DNA of 64,000 nucleotides from an uncultured Flavobacteriaceae bacterium (GTDB lineage Bacteria > Pseudomonadota > Alphaproteobacteria > Micropepsales > Micropepsaceae): the NCBI GenBank assembly GCA_964561925.1, contig CAZLRW010000002.1, positions 7,882 through 71,881 on the forward strand, written 5' to 3'. Under the pieces are notes generated by a model. That model had not been told where the DNA came from. It saw nothing but the letters and a program-made list of their open reading frames with translations, and ran no database searches. The translations under genes were made by a program, and so were the position numbers. Shown here piece after piece: positions 29,122 to 39,085 of the stretch. Numbering within the stretch: the stretch's first letter is position 1; each line of letters begins with the position of its first letter.

Positions 29122-30243
29122 ATGACGGCGATGCAGATCACGAAGGACAACGCGTACGACGCGCTCGATCCGAAAGACTTCCCGGCGATGATGGAGGTCG
29201 ACCGCTACAACGCGCGTTCGACGGCTTTCGACAAGATCATCTCGGCGACCCACGACCATTTCTGGGATCCGCTCGACAAGAAGTACATCGACTACAGCGA
29301 GAAGTTCGATCTCGAGAACGAAGCGATCCTGCCGGAAGAGTTCTTTCCGATCTTCCAGACGAAATTCGGCGAAAAGCTGAGCGCGAAGCAGAAGATAAAG
29401 TTCGCGAACGAGTCCGCGCGCTGGATCCTGTCGTCGATCCTGCACGGCGAGCAGGGGGCGCTGTCGCTCTCGGCCTCGCTCTGTCACATTCTGCGCGATC
29501 CGGGTGCTCAAGAATACGCCGCGAACCAGGCTCGCGAAGAAGCGCGGCACGTCACGGGTTTCGCGCGTTATGTGCAAGCGCGTTGGGGCAAGCCGCTGCC
29601 GGTCGGACCTACGCTCGGTGCGCTTCTGACCGACCTCGTGCTGGCGCCGGAGGTCTACAAGAAGATCGTCGGCATGCAGATGCTGGTCGAGGGGCTCGCG
29701 ATGGGCGCCTTCGCGACGCTCTACACGAAGTCGCGCGATCCGCTGCTGGTGCGGCTGACCCAGCTCGTCATGACGGACGAGGCGTTCCACCACAAGTTCG
29801 GCAAGATCTGGGCGGACCGCACGATTCCGAAGCTGTCGAAGGACGAGCAGAACATCGTCGAGGACTGGGCGGCGAGCTGCTTCCAGACGCTGCTGTTCAA
29901 CCTGATCAACCCCGAGCAGATGAAGTCCGTCTACGAGTCGGTCGGGATCGACTGGAAGGCGGCGCACGAGTCGCTTCTCGAGGCGATCACGGACGAGCAT
30001 CGCCGCGAGCGCATGCGCCAAGGCACGGACATTTTCCGCGTGCTGATCAAGACGCTGCTCAAGGCCGGCATCATCACGGACCGCACGAAGTCGTTCTATG
30101 CGATGTATGTCGACATGGAAGAGCTCAAGGCCGAGGGCGATCACATGATCGGCGACGACATCGCGGAGGAAGGAATCAGGTTCCTTCAAACGGTGAACTT
30201 CGGCACGAAGGGCAAGGCGACCGCGCTGCTTGCGGCGGAGTAG
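29122..30243 (+). CDS. Ferritin-like di-iron carboxylate protein (AurF-like di-iron oxygenase family), function unknown
   Basis: Ligand pattern HGEQGAL ... EEARHV ... MLVEGLAMGAF ... TDEAFHHKFG (E / ExxH / E / ExxH). GGGAG lies 8 nt before ATG 29122. The upstream 36 codons of ORF 29014..30243 were discarded. Confidence 0.75.
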   Translation: MTAMQITKDNAYDALDPKDFPAMMEVDRYNARSTAFDKIISATHDHFWDPLDKKYIDYSEKFDLENEAILPEEFFPIFQTKFGEKLSAKQKIKFANESARWILSSILHGEQGALSLSASLCHILRDPGAQEYAANQAREEARHVTGFARYVQARWGKPLPVGPTLGALLTDLVLAPEVYKKIVGMQMLVEGLAMGAFATLYTKSRDPLLVRLTQLVMTDEAFHHKFGKIWADRTIPKLSKDEQNIVEDWAASCFQTLLFNLINPEQMKSVYESVGIDWKAAHESLLEAITDEHRRERMRQGTDIFRVLIKTLLKAGIITDRTKSFYAMYVDMEELKAEGDHMIGDDIAEEGIRFLQTVNFGTKGKATALLAAE

Positions 30244-30268
30244 CCGGTTCATCAGTAGCATTTGACGA

Positions 30269-30299
30269 AGGGCGGCCCGTCGCGGCCGCCCTTTTGTTT
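30269..30299 (+). terminator. Rho-independent terminator after the di-iron protein gene
   Basis: AGGGCGGCC-cgtcgc-GGCCGCCCT followed by TTTGTTT. Confidence 0.75.
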
Positions 30300-30316
30300 G
30301 GCTACGATGACCGCCC

Positions 30317-30763
30317 ATGAGCGATGCGGCGAACGGCGTCTTTGGTGTGACAAGCGACGTGGCGCGCGGCGTCGGCCGGCTGCTGCTCGAACGAGGCTTG
30401 CCGCCGCTGTTCGAATTCACGCTGCCCTCCGGCCGGCGCCTCGACGTGGCCGCGGTGTCGGAGGCCGGCGACATCACGGCGGTCGAGATCAAGGTCAGCC
30501 TCGCCGATTTTCGCGCGGACGCGAAGTGGAACGAGTATCTCGATTACTGCGACCGGTATTACTTCGCGGTGCCGGACGGCTTTCCACAAGAGCTACTGCC
30601 CGCCGAGCAGGGGTTGATCGTCGCCGACAGGTTCGGCGCGGCGATCGTGCGCGAGGCGCCGTACGCGCCGCTTGCCGCCGCGCGGCGCAAGGCGCTGCTG
30701 ATACGGTTCGCACGCGCCGCCGCCGAACGGTATGCGCGCGCGGGCGATCCGTTCGCACCTTGA
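30317..30763 (+). CDS. mmcB: MmcB-family DNA repair protein (DUF1052)
   Basis: 148 aa, ...GRRLDVAAVSEAGDITAVEIKVSLADFRADAKWNEYLDYCDRYYFAVP.... Confidence 0.8.
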   Translation: MSDAANGVFGVTSDVARGVGRLLLERGLPPLFEFTLPSGRRLDVAAVSEAGDITAVEIKVSLADFRADAKWNEYLDYCDRYYFAVPDGFPQELLPAEQGLIVADRFGAAIVREAPYAPLAAARRKALLIRFARAAAERYARAGDPFAP

Positions 30764-30826
30764 GGCACAAACTGGCCCGGTCGCTCCCGCGTTGATCCGC
30801 GGCAAGCGGCGTGCTCTTCATCGCGC

Positions 30827-32296
30827 ATGAACGAACGCTCCTCCCTCACCCGGTACGTCGCACCGATGGCCGGCGTTCGCGTGCTTTGCATCGGCGACGT
30901 GATGCTCGACCATTTCGTCTACGGTTCCGTCGAGCGCGTGTCGCCGGAAGCGCCGATCCCGGTGCTCAAGGTCGTGCGCGAGGCACGGATGCTGGGCGGC
31001 GCGGGCAACGTGGCGCGCAACGTGCGCGCGCTGAACGCACCGGTGTCGCTGATCGGCGCCGTCGGTGACGACGCGGCCGGAGATGAAGTTCGGGCGCTGT
31101 TGTCGGATTCGGCTTGGATCACGGCGATGCTCGCTGTTGCCGCCGGACGGCCGACAACGGTCAAGACGCGCTATGTCGCGCACGGGCAGCAATTGCTTCG
31201 TGCCGACCGGGAGGAAACCCACGCGCTCGGCGCGGACGTGGCGGGGCGGCTGAAGGGGCTGATCGATCGGGCGATACCGAGCGCCGACGTGGTGCTGATT
31301 TCGGACTACGCGAAGGGCGTCGTGACGGGCGAGATCGCTGCGCATGCGATCAAGGCCGCGCGTGCGGCGGGCAAACCGGCGATCGTGGATACGAAGGCGA
31401 GCGAGCTTGCGCCGTTTCGCGGCGCCACGTTGCTGACCCCTAACGCACGGGAACTCGGCGCGGCGGCGCGGATGCCGGCGGGCGACGATCGCGAGGTCGA
31501 GGCGGCGGCCCGGCATCTCGTCGATGGGTTCGACCTCGGCGGGATCGTGGTGACGCGTTCGGAGCGCGGAATGACCGTGTCCGAACGCGGCCAAGGCGCC
31601 GTCCATCTTCCTGCGGAAGCGCGCGAGGTGTTCGATGTTTCGGGCGCGGGCGACACGGTGCTGGCCGTGCTTGCGCTTGCGCTCGGTGCGGGCGCTGCGC
31701 TGCGCGATGCGGCCGCACTTGCGAACACGGCGGCGGGCATCGTCGTGGGCAAGCGGGGGACGGCCGCGGTCCATCCGGACGAGTTGGTGCGTGCGCTGCG
31801 CGCGACCGAGATGAAGGGCACGAACGAGAAGATCGTCTCGCTCGAACGTGGGGCGGAGCTTGCGCAGGCTTGGCGCGCGAAGAGGCTGAGCGTCGGGTTC
31901 ACGAACGGGTGCTTCGACCTCCTGCATCCGGGGCACGTCTCGCTGCTGGCGCAGGCGCGGGCGAATTGCGACCGGTTGATCGTGGGCCTCAACACCGATG
32001 CGTCGGTTCGCCGGCTCAAAGGCGACGGGCGGCCGGTCAATGCCGAGATGGCGCGCGCGGTCGTGCTGGCGGCCCTGGAGACGGTCGATGCGGTCGTGCT
32101 GTTTGCCGAAGAAACGCCGATCCGGCTGATCGAGGCGGTCAGGCCCGATGTTCTGGTGAAGGGCGCCGACTATGCGATCGAGAACGTGGTCGGCGCCGAG
32201 TTCGTGCGCGCGCATGGGGGGCGCATCGTGCTCGCCGAACTCGTTCCGGGGCAAAGCACGACCGGCCTCATCCAGCGGATGGACAAAGGCAAGTAG
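30827..32296 (+). CDS. hldE: Bifunctional D-glycero-beta-D-manno-heptose-7-phosphate kinase / heptose-1-phosphate adenylyltransferase
   Basis: 489 aa. N-terminal PfkB-type kinase (DVSGAGDTV) plus C-terminal cytidylyltransferase (GFTNGCFDLLHPGH). Confidence 0.93.
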   Translation: MNERSSLTRYVAPMAGVRVLCIGDVMLDHFVYGSVERVSPEAPIPVLKVVREARMLGGAGNVARNVRALNAPVSLIGAVGDDAAGDEVRALLSDSAWITAMLAVAAGRPTTVKTRYVAHGQQLLRADREETHALGADVAGRLKGLIDRAIPSADVVLISDYAKGVVTGEIAAHAIKAARAAGKPAIVDTKASELAPFRGATLLTPNARELGAAARMPAGDDREVEAAARHLVDGFDLGGIVVTRSERGMTVSERGQGAVHLPAEAREVFDVSGAGDTVLAVLALALGAGAALRDAAALANTAAGIVVGKRGTAAVHPDELVRALRATEMKGTNEKIVSLERGAELAQAWRAKRLSVGFTNGCFDLLHPGHVSLLAQARANCDRLIVGLNTDASVRRLKGDGRPVNAEMARAVVLAALETVDAVVLFAEETPIRLIEAVRPDVLVKGADYAIENVVGAEFVRAHGGRIVLAELVPGQSTTGLIQRMDKGK

Positions 32297-32848
32297 CTAT
32301 TTCGGCGAGCGCTTGGCCAAGATTCGCTGCAGCGTGCGGCGGTGCATGTTGAGTCGGCGCGCGGTTTCCGAGACGTTTTGGCCGCAGAGTTCGTAGACGC
32401 GCTGAATGTGTTCCCAGCGCACGCGGTCGGCCGACATCGGGTTTTCGGGCGGCGCGGGCTTTTGACTGGGCGAGGCGAGAAGGGCGTTCGCCACGTCGTC
32501 GGCGTCCGCCGGCTTCGAGAGGTAGTCGATCGCGCCGTGCTTCACCGCCGCGACGGCCGTCGCGATGTTGCCGTAGCCGGTGAGCATCACGACCTTGGCG
32601 TCCGCGCGCGATTGGTGCAGCACCTCGACGACATCGAGCCCGTTGCCGGATTGGCCGATGCGCAAGTCGACCACGGCGAAGGCCGGCGGCGTGCGGCGGG
32701 CGTGGGCGATCGCTTCATCGGCGGTTTCGCAGGCCGTGACCAGAAAGCCGCGCGCTTCCATGGCGCGGGCGAGGCGCTGGCGGAACGGGGCGTCGTCGTC
32801 GACGATCAGCAAGGTTTTGTCGGGTAAGCCTTCGGCGGAAAGGGCCAC
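32297..32848 (-). CDS. regA: Redox response regulator RegA/ActR/PrrA family
   Basis: 183 aa. Receiver domain plus a highly conserved C-terminal HTH (NVSETARRLNMHRRTLQRILAKR). Confidence 0.92.
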   Translation of the reverse strand: MALSAEGLPDKTLLIVDDDAPFRQRLARAMEARGFLVTACETADEAIAHARRTPPAFAVVDLRIGQSGNGLDVVEVLHQSRADAKVVMLTGYGNIATAVAAVKHGAIDYLSKPADADDVANALLASPSQKPAPPENPMSADRVRWEHIQRVYELCGQNVSETARRLNMHRRTLQRILAKRSPK

Positions 32849-32933
32849 GTCGTTTCCCCTCGAATTGAGGCCATGATCGGACGGCGCGCACTATAGGGGC
32901 GAAGTTCAGCCAAGGCCAGCCTTCGGTCCTGCG

Positions 32934-34253
32934 TTATCCTCTTGAAATCGCAGGGTTCTCGAGGTTCCGCCGGGGCAGGATCATCCGCACGACAGCGCCG
33001 CCTTGCGGGCGGTTGCCGAACGTGACCTTGCCGCCGATACGCTCGAGCAGCGTCTTGGCGATGAAGAAGCCGAGGCCGAGGCCCGCGTGGCCGTCGGCGT
33101 GAAGATTGGCGGGCGCGCCTTCCTTGCGGTTCGAGTCGAGGCCTGCGCGCGAGGTGACATAAGGCTCGCCCAAGCGCGTCAGGATTTCGGTGTCGAACCC
33201 CGTGCCGTCGTCGCCGATCGTCATGTCGACGCTGGTGTCGTTCCAGGTGGCGTCGATGTCGACCTTCGTCGTGGCGAAGTCGACCGCGTTCTCGATCAGG
33301 TTGCCGATGCCGTGCACGACTTCCGGCGTGCGCAGGACGTTGATGGCGCCTTCGCCGTGGGCCCTGACGTTGATGTCGATGCCGAAGCCGCGGTGAGGTT
33401 CGGCGATTTCGTCGATCAGGGCGGCAAGCGGCAGACGCTGTACGACGTTGTCTTCGTCCGTATCCTGCTGCGAGAGGCGCGAGAGAATCTCCCGGCAGCG
33501 TTCGGCCTGGCTGCGCAGCAGCCGAACGTCCTCAAGCCAGGGGCTTTCTTGCGGGATGTCGCGTTCGAGTTCGCGCGCGACGACAGAGATCGTGCCCAAG
33601 GGCGTGCCGAGTTCGTGGGCCGCTGCTGCTGCCAGTGCGCCCAAATCGGACAAGCGTTGCTCGCGCGCGAGGGCCGATTGGGCGGCGGCGAGCGCGGCTT
33701 GCATGCGCCGCGCCTCGTCGGCGGTGCGCCAGGCGTAAATCAGGCTGAAGCCGATGCAGAGCGTGAGGGCCACCCAGTTCCCGGCGATGTAGAGCGCGGG
33801 CAGGCTCAACGGCGCGTTCGGGTCCCAGGGCAGCGGCCAGTGCAGGACGGAGATCGTCGAGATGCAGCCGAGCGCCAGGAAGGCGAGCGCCAGCGTCGAG
33901 CCGAGGCTCAAGTTGGCGGCCGAGATCACGACGGGGGCGAGAAAGAGGATGGAAAACGGATTCTCGATGCCGCCGGTCAAAGCCAGCATCGCGGTCAGCT
34001 GCATGATGTCGAAGGCCAGGTGAGCGGTTGCCTCGCGCTCGCTCAAGACATGGACGTTGGGGTAGAGGAAGAACATCAGCGCGTTGAAGGCGACGGCCAC
34101 GCCGATCACCATGAGGCACTGCACGATCGGCAGCTGATACTTCAGGCCGAGGAAGACGATGAAGATCGCGACCAACTGCCCGATGACGCCGAGCGAGCGG
34201 ACGAAGATCAGCGTGCGCAGACGGATGCTCGAGCTGGCGCTCGGCGCCCGCAC
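32934..34253 (-). CDS. regB: Redox sensor histidine kinase RegB/ActS/PrrB family
   Basis: 439 aa. Multi-TM N-terminus, H-box AAAAHELGTPL, HATPase C-terminus. Confidence 0.9.
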   Translation of the reverse strand: MRAPSASSSIRLRTLIFVRSLGVIGQLVAIFIVFLGLKYQLPIVQCLMVIGVAVAFNALMFFLYPNVHVLSEREATAHLAFDIMQLTAMLALTGGIENPFSILFLAPVVISAANLSLGSTLALAFLALGCISTISVLHWPLPWDPNAPLSLPALYIAGNWVALTLCIGFSLIYAWRTADEARRMQAALAAAQSALAREQRLSDLGALAAAAAHELGTPLGTISVVARELERDIPQESPWLEDVRLLRSQAERCREILSRLSQQDTDEDNVVQRLPLAALIDEIAEPHRGFGIDINVRAHGEGAINVLRTPEVVHGIGNLIENAVDFATTKVDIDATWNDTSVDMTIGDDGTGFDTEILTRLGEPYVTSRAGLDSNRKEGAPANLHADGHAGLGLGFFIAKTLLERIGGKVTFGNRPQGGAVVRMILPRRNLENPAISRG

Positions 34254-34285
34254 GGCCCATAAGCTCGTCGCTTGTCCGTCGGCGG

Positions 34286-34867
34286 CTATTTCGGTTTCGC
34301 CTTCTTCAAAAGGGCGACGAGATCGGCCCGCTGATTGCGTTCGGCGATGTCGAGCGCCGTCGCGCCGGAGGCGTCCGTTTCCTCGACGTTCGCGCCGCGA
34401 TCGAGGAGGAGCTTCACCATTTCTCTGTGTCCGGCGCGCGTCGCCTTGATCAGTGCCGTTTCGCGCAAGGCGCCGGGCAGGTCAATATCGGCCTTGTTGT
34501 CGAGAAGGTAGGCCGCGATCGCGATGTCGCCATTCGCGCCGGCCAGCGTCAGCGCGGTCGTGTCGTCTTTGCTGCGGTCGTCCGGCCGGGCGCCGTTCTC
34601 GATCAGAATTTTCACGACGTCGAGGTTGCGCGACGCCGTCGCCAAAACGATCAGCGGCGTGCCGTCGGCGGCGCGCTTGTGAACGGAGGCGCCGGCGACC
34701 AAGGCGGCGTTCGTGTCTTCGACCGAACCTTTTTCGACGGCGCGAACGATCGGCGCGTCGCCGAAGAGTTCGTCCAGCGGCGAGGCGGCATTCGCGGCAC
34801 CTACGCCCGCCACCGACACAGCCGCCGCTGCTACCCACGCCAGCCAGTTCTTGCGCATCGCCTGCAT
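34286..34867 (-). CDS. Secreted ankyrin-repeat protein
   Basis: Signal peptide MQAMRKNWLAWVAAAAVSVAGVGAANA, then ankyrin repeats (GTPLIVLATASRNLDVVKILIENGARPD, TALTLAGANGDIAIAAYLLDNKADID...). Start at the 27th codon of ORF 34286..34945. Confidence 0.8.
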   Translation of the reverse strand: MQAMRKNWLAWVAAAAVSVAGVGAANAASPLDELFGDAPIVRAVEKGSVEDTNAALVAGASVHKRAADGTPLIVLATASRNLDVVKILIENGARPDDRSKDDTTALTLAGANGDIAIAAYLLDNKADIDLPGALRETALIKATRAGHREMVKLLLDRGANVEETDASGATALDIAERNQRADLVALLKKAKPK

Positions 34868-35020
34868 GTCCCCGTTGCGCGCCGTTAACTCCCGACCCGC
34901 GGCGCCGATAATAGCGGGTGGCGATGGCTTGGGAAGTGGCGGCAAATTCCTCAGGATTTATCCGCCATTAAGGGCCGATCTTTAGATTTTGCAGCCGGTT
35001 GAACAGGACATCCGGCTCGC

Positions 35021-36967
35021 ATGGGCAAGGGCAACGGCAAGCGGCGCGGCGGTACGCGCGCGCAACGCGCGGAGGCCGCCGAAGACGCGGCTGCGCCGAC
35101 GCGCGGCTGGCGCCTGCTGCACCGAGCCGCCGTCGCCGGTGTTTGGCTCTCGCTGTTCGTCGCAGGATTGCTCGCCTATTTCGCGGCCGATCTGCCGTCG
35201 ACCGACGGATTGCGGCGGCAGGACAGCGCGCACGCCGTGACGCTTCTCGACGCGAACGGGCGGATCATCGCGCGGCGCGGCATCGATTCCGGCTTGCCGG
35301 TCGCGATCGGCGATCTGCCGCCCTATGTCGCCCAAGCGGTGCTCGCGAGCGAGGACCGGCGCTTCTATTCGCATTTCGGTTTGGACCTTTGGGGGCTGGG
35401 ACGGGCCGCCTTCGTCAACATGCAAGAAGGGCGGATCGTTCAGGGCGGATCGACGATCACGCAGCAATTGGCGAAGAATTTGTTCCTCGAGCCCGAGCGC
35501 ACCTACTCGCGCAAGATCCAGGAGGCGTTGCTTGCGGTCTATCTCGAGATGTCGTTCTCGAAGGACGAGATTCTGGCGATCTATCTGAACCGCGTCTATT
35601 TCGGCGCCGGGGCCTACGGGCTCGATGCCGCGGCGCGGCGCTATTTCAACAAGCCCGCGTCGCGGCTGACGCTGGTGGAGGCGGCGATCCTGGCGGGCCT
35701 CTTGAAGGCGCCGACGCGTTACTCGCCGGTCAACGGGATCGAACTGGCGCAAGCGCGGGCGCGCATCGTGCTGCAGGCGATGGTCGATGTCGGCTATATC
35801 GACGAGGCGGCGCGCGACGAGGCGCTGCACACGCGGCCGAAGCTCGCGACGGGCCCCGCGGTCTCGGGCAATCAGTATTTCGCCGATTGGATCATGGAGC
35901 AGTTGCCGGGGCTGGTCGGGCGGCCGGACACGGACATCGTGGTGGAGACGACGCTCGATCTCGGTCTGCAACGGCTTGCCGAGGACGCGGTCATCAAGAC
36001 GCTGCGCGAGAAAGGGGCCGCCGACACGCAAGGCGCGCTGATCGCCATGACGCCCGACGGGGCGGTCAAGGCGATGGTCGGCGGGCGCTCGTACATGATG
36101 TCGGAGTTCAACCGCGCCACGCAGGCCAAGCGTCAGCCCGGGTCGGCGTTCAAGCCGTTCGTGTTTTTGACCGCGCTTGAAGCCGGCCGCTCGCCGATGT
36201 CGCGCGTCACCGATGCGAAAGTGACCTATCGCGGCTGGACGCCCGCGAACTATTCCGACACGTACGAAGGCGACATGACGCTGGGCGATGCGCTGGCGAA
36301 GTCGGTGAACACGGTGGCGGTGCAGCTCTGTCTCGAACTTGGGCCGGAGACGGTTGCGAGCACGGCCAGGCGCATGGGCATTCTCTCGGATCTCGCCGCG
36401 GTGCCGTCGCTTGCGCTCGGAACGTCGGAGGTGACGCTGCTCGAGCTTGCGAACGCCTATGTGCCGTTCGCGACCGGCGGGCGCGGGGCTATCGCGCATG
36501 GCGTCAAGCGGGTGAAGGGGATCGACGGCGGCGTGCTCTACGAGCGGTCGGGCTCGGGCCTCGGGCCGCTCGTCGACGCCGATGTCGCGGGCGCGATGAA
36601 CCGCATGCTGATCAAGGCGGTGCGCACGGGCACGGGCAAGGCCGCGCTTCTCGCCGACCGGCCGTCGGCGGGTAAGACCGGCACGTCGCAGGACTTCAAA
36701 GACGCTTGGTTCATCGGCTACACGCGCCAGCTCGTGGCCGGGGTCTGGGTCGGCAACGACGCGAACCAGGCGATGAGCAAGTCGATCCGCGGCGGTACGC
36801 TGCCCGCCACGATGTGGAAGTCGTTCATGGCGCGCGCGATGGCCGGAAAGCCCGCGCAGCCTCTGCCCGGCGACGACGTCGTCGATCCGCCGGAGGCGGA
36901 CGATGGCTCGGCGTTCGACGATCTGCTGGCAGGGTTGTTCGAGGACAAGAAAGACAAGGCGAACTGA
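35021..36967 (+). CDS. Class A penicillin-binding protein (transglycosylase + transpeptidase)
   Basis: 648 aa. GT51 motifs (SEDRRFYSHFGLD, GGSTITQQLAKN). Transpeptidase motifs (SAFKPF, KTGTS). Confidence 0.9.
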   Translation: MGKGNGKRRGGTRAQRAEAAEDAAAPTRGWRLLHRAAVAGVWLSLFVAGLLAYFAADLPSTDGLRRQDSAHAVTLLDANGRIIARRGIDSGLPVAIGDLPPYVAQAVLASEDRRFYSHFGLDLWGLGRAAFVNMQEGRIVQGGSTITQQLAKNLFLEPERTYSRKIQEALLAVYLEMSFSKDEILAIYLNRVYFGAGAYGLDAAARRYFNKPASRLTLVEAAILAGLLKAPTRYSPVNGIELAQARARIVLQAMVDVGYIDEAARDEALHTRPKLATGPAVSGNQYFADWIMEQLPGLVGRPDTDIVVETTLDLGLQRLAEDAVIKTLREKGAADTQGALIAMTPDGAVKAMVGGRSYMMSEFNRATQAKRQPGSAFKPFVFLTALEAGRSPMSRVTDAKVTYRGWTPANYSDTYEGDMTLGDALAKSVNTVAVQLCLELGPETVASTARRMGILSDLAAVPSLALGTSEVTLLELANAYVPFATGGRGAIAHGVKRVKGIDGGVLYERSGSGLGPLVDADVAGAMNRMLIKAVRTGTGKAALLADRPSAGKTGTSQDFKDAWFIGYTRQLVAGVWVGNDANQAMSKSIRGGTLPATMWKSFMARAMAGKPAQPLPGDDVVDPPEADDGSAFDDLLAGLFEDKKDKAN

Positions 36968-36983
36968 CCGGATCGCCTGCTCT

Positions 36984-37772
36984 CTAAGCCGCGGCGCGGC
37001 GGCGTTTGGGCTTTTGGGCGGTGTAGCGGTGGAGTTCGGTGCCGTTTTCGCGCAGCCAGGTTTGCGCCGCGACGGCGTCGTCTTGGCCCACGAGCCGGTC
37101 GACGATGCGCCAGAAACGCACGCCGTGGTTCATCTCGCGCAGGTGCGCGACTTCATGGGCGGCGACGTAGTTCAAGACGAATGCCGGCGCCATGACGAGG
37201 CGCCAGGAGAGCGAGACGGCGCCGCTCGTCGAGCAGGAGCCCCAACGGCTGGTCGCGTCGCGCACCGTGATGCGCGAGACCTTCACGCCCAATTCTTCGG
37301 CCAGCGCATTGATGCGGCGCGTGATCTGGGTCCGCGCCTGCTTCTTCAGCCAATCTTCGATGCGGCGCGGCGCGTGTTCGCGCTTGCCCGTGACGCGGAT
37401 CGTGGGACGCGACGCGTCGTTGTCGACCCACACGCCGCCGCGTTCGGGCGTCAGGCGAATGACATAGAGGCTGCCCTTGAAGAGCACGGTGTCGCCGGGT
37501 TCGAGATAGACCGGTTCGGGCACGCGGGCGAGGCGGCCGGCGATCCAGTCGCCCTCCTGGCGCGCGAAGTCGAGCGCCTTGGGGACGGAGCGTTCGGAGG
37601 GGGCGATCACCGCGACTTCGCCGGTCGACGGGTGCACCTTGACGATCAAACGCCTGGCGCGCGGGTTCAGGCGCACATTCACCGCAACCGAGCGCCCCCG
37701 GATCTTCAGCGTCTCTTGGCGCGACCGCTTCTCCACGACCTTAGACCCTCGCTCGAAAACCGTTACACTCAC
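36984..37772 (-). CDS. YgjP-like (DUF45/M48-type) metal-dependent hydrolase
   Basis: 262 aa with HExxH in YVAAHEVAHLREMNHGVRFW. Confidence 0.8.
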   Translation of the reverse strand: MSVTVFERGSKVVEKRSRQETLKIRGRSVAVNVRLNPRARRLIVKVHPSTGEVAVIAPSERSVPKALDFARQEGDWIAGRLARVPEPVYLEPGDTVLFKGSLYVIRLTPERGGVWVDNDASRPTIRVTGKREHAPRRIEDWLKKQARTQITRRINALAEELGVKVSRITVRDATSRWGSCSTSGAVSLSWRLVMAPAFVLNYVAAHEVAHLREMNHGVRFWRIVDRLVGQDDAVAAQTWLRENGTELHRYTAQKPKRRRAAA

Positions 37773-37817
37773 CCCACATCGCCCACGGACTCCTCACCCA
37801 TTGCCAGGCTTCAGACC

Positions 37818-38243
37818 ATGACGGAGCGACCGCGTTTTCACTTGGCCTTTCCCGTTCACGACCTGGACAAGGCGCGCGCCTTTTACGGCGGGGTGCTCGG
37901 TTGTCCGGAGGGCCGATCCTCTGCCGAATGGGTCGACTTCGACTTCTTCGGGCATCAAATCGTCACCCATTTGACCCCCTCCACCGACACAAGGGAAGGG
38001 AGAAACGAGGTTGACGGCGAACTCGTGCCCGTGCGCCACTTCGGTGTCATCCTAACCCCTTCTAAATTCAGAGAAATCGCTGCCAAACTGCGTGCCGGAG
38101 GCGCGCCGTTTTTGATCGAGCCTCAGACCCGATTTCAGGGACTTCCCGGTGAGCAATTAACGATGTTCGTCAGCGACCCTTCGGGCAACGCCTTGGAATT
38201 CAAGGCCTTCGCGGACGACCGGATGGTCTTTGCGAAGTCTTAA
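37818..38243 (+). CDS. VOC (glyoxalase/dioxygenase) family protein
   Basis: MTERPRFHLAFPVHDLDKARAFYGGVLGC.... C-terminal 141 codons of ORF 36903..38243. Confidence 0.8.
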   Translation: MTERPRFHLAFPVHDLDKARAFYGGVLGCPEGRSSAEWVDFDFFGHQIVTHLTPSTDTREGRNEVDGELVPVRHFGVILTPSKFREIAAKLRAGGAPFLIEPQTRFQGLPGEQLTMFVSDPSGNALEFKAFADDRMVFAKS

Positions 38244-38275
38244 CGAACAGCGTGTTCCTTAATATCACAGTAAGG

Positions 38276-38938
38276 TTAACGAAGGGTTAGCCCGAGGTGC
38301 GTTTCCAGCGCCTCGATCGCGGGGGCGGCCGCTTCGACTTTGATCGTGGTCATGCCGAGTTCGCGGGCCGGTTTCAGGTTGATCCCGAGGTCGTCGAGAT
38401 AGATCGCGCGGGCGGGATCGACGGCAAGACGGTCGAGCATCATCCGGTAGATGCGCGGATCGGGTTTGCGGATGGCGACCTTCGAAGATTCGATGACGTG
38501 ATGGAACAGCGTCATTGCCTCGTCGACACCGGCGTTGCGCCAGGTGTCGGCCTTCTCGGATTTCACGTTGTTTGTGATGCAGCCGGTTTTGAAGCGCGCC
38601 GAAATGCGGCGTAGCGCTTCGAGCATCGCGGGACGCACGGCGCCGTGCAGGCAGGCGAGTACGTCGCGGCCGGGAAGATCGACGCCGATGGCGCGGGCTT
38701 CCGCTGCGAAAACCTGGTCGAAGACGTCGAGACCGATCTCCGAACGTTCGAAACGTGCCCAGGCGTTGGCGTGCGGGTTCGTCGCGTTGATGCGGCGGAT
38801 CGTGTCCTTCGGAATGCCGCGCGCCGCTTCAAGACGGTTGAACGCCTCGAACGGGCTCTCGGTGATGACGCCGCCGAAGTCGAAAATGACCGCTTCGAAC
38901 AAGATAAGTCTCCCTACTTTGGGTACGAAGGTTGGCAC
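38276..38938 (-). CDS. HAD-superfamily hydrolase
   Basis: 220 aa. AVIFDFGGVI N-terminal motif, CITNN, YLDDLGINL. Confidence 0.75.
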   Translation of the reverse strand: MPTFVPKVGRLILFEAVIFDFGGVITESPFEAFNRLEAARGIPKDTIRRINATNPHANAWARFERSEIGLDVFDQVFAAEARAIGVDLPGRDVLACLHGAVRPAMLEALRRISARFKTGCITNNVKSEKADTWRNAGVDEAMTLFHHVIESSKVAIRKPDPRIYRMMLDRLAVDPARAIYLDDLGINLKPARELGMTTIKVEAAAPAIEALETHLGLTLR

Positions 38939-39085
38939 GGCGAAGGCGACGGCGTCACGCCGTCACCAGGCGATTCCCGGCGTTCTTCCCTAGGGGCACC
39001 GGCGCGCGCCCTTGCGGCTGTATGTCCCTTGTGAAACGTTCCGGCCGCAACCCTATTGTTCGAATGACGTTCCAAGGATCACTCG

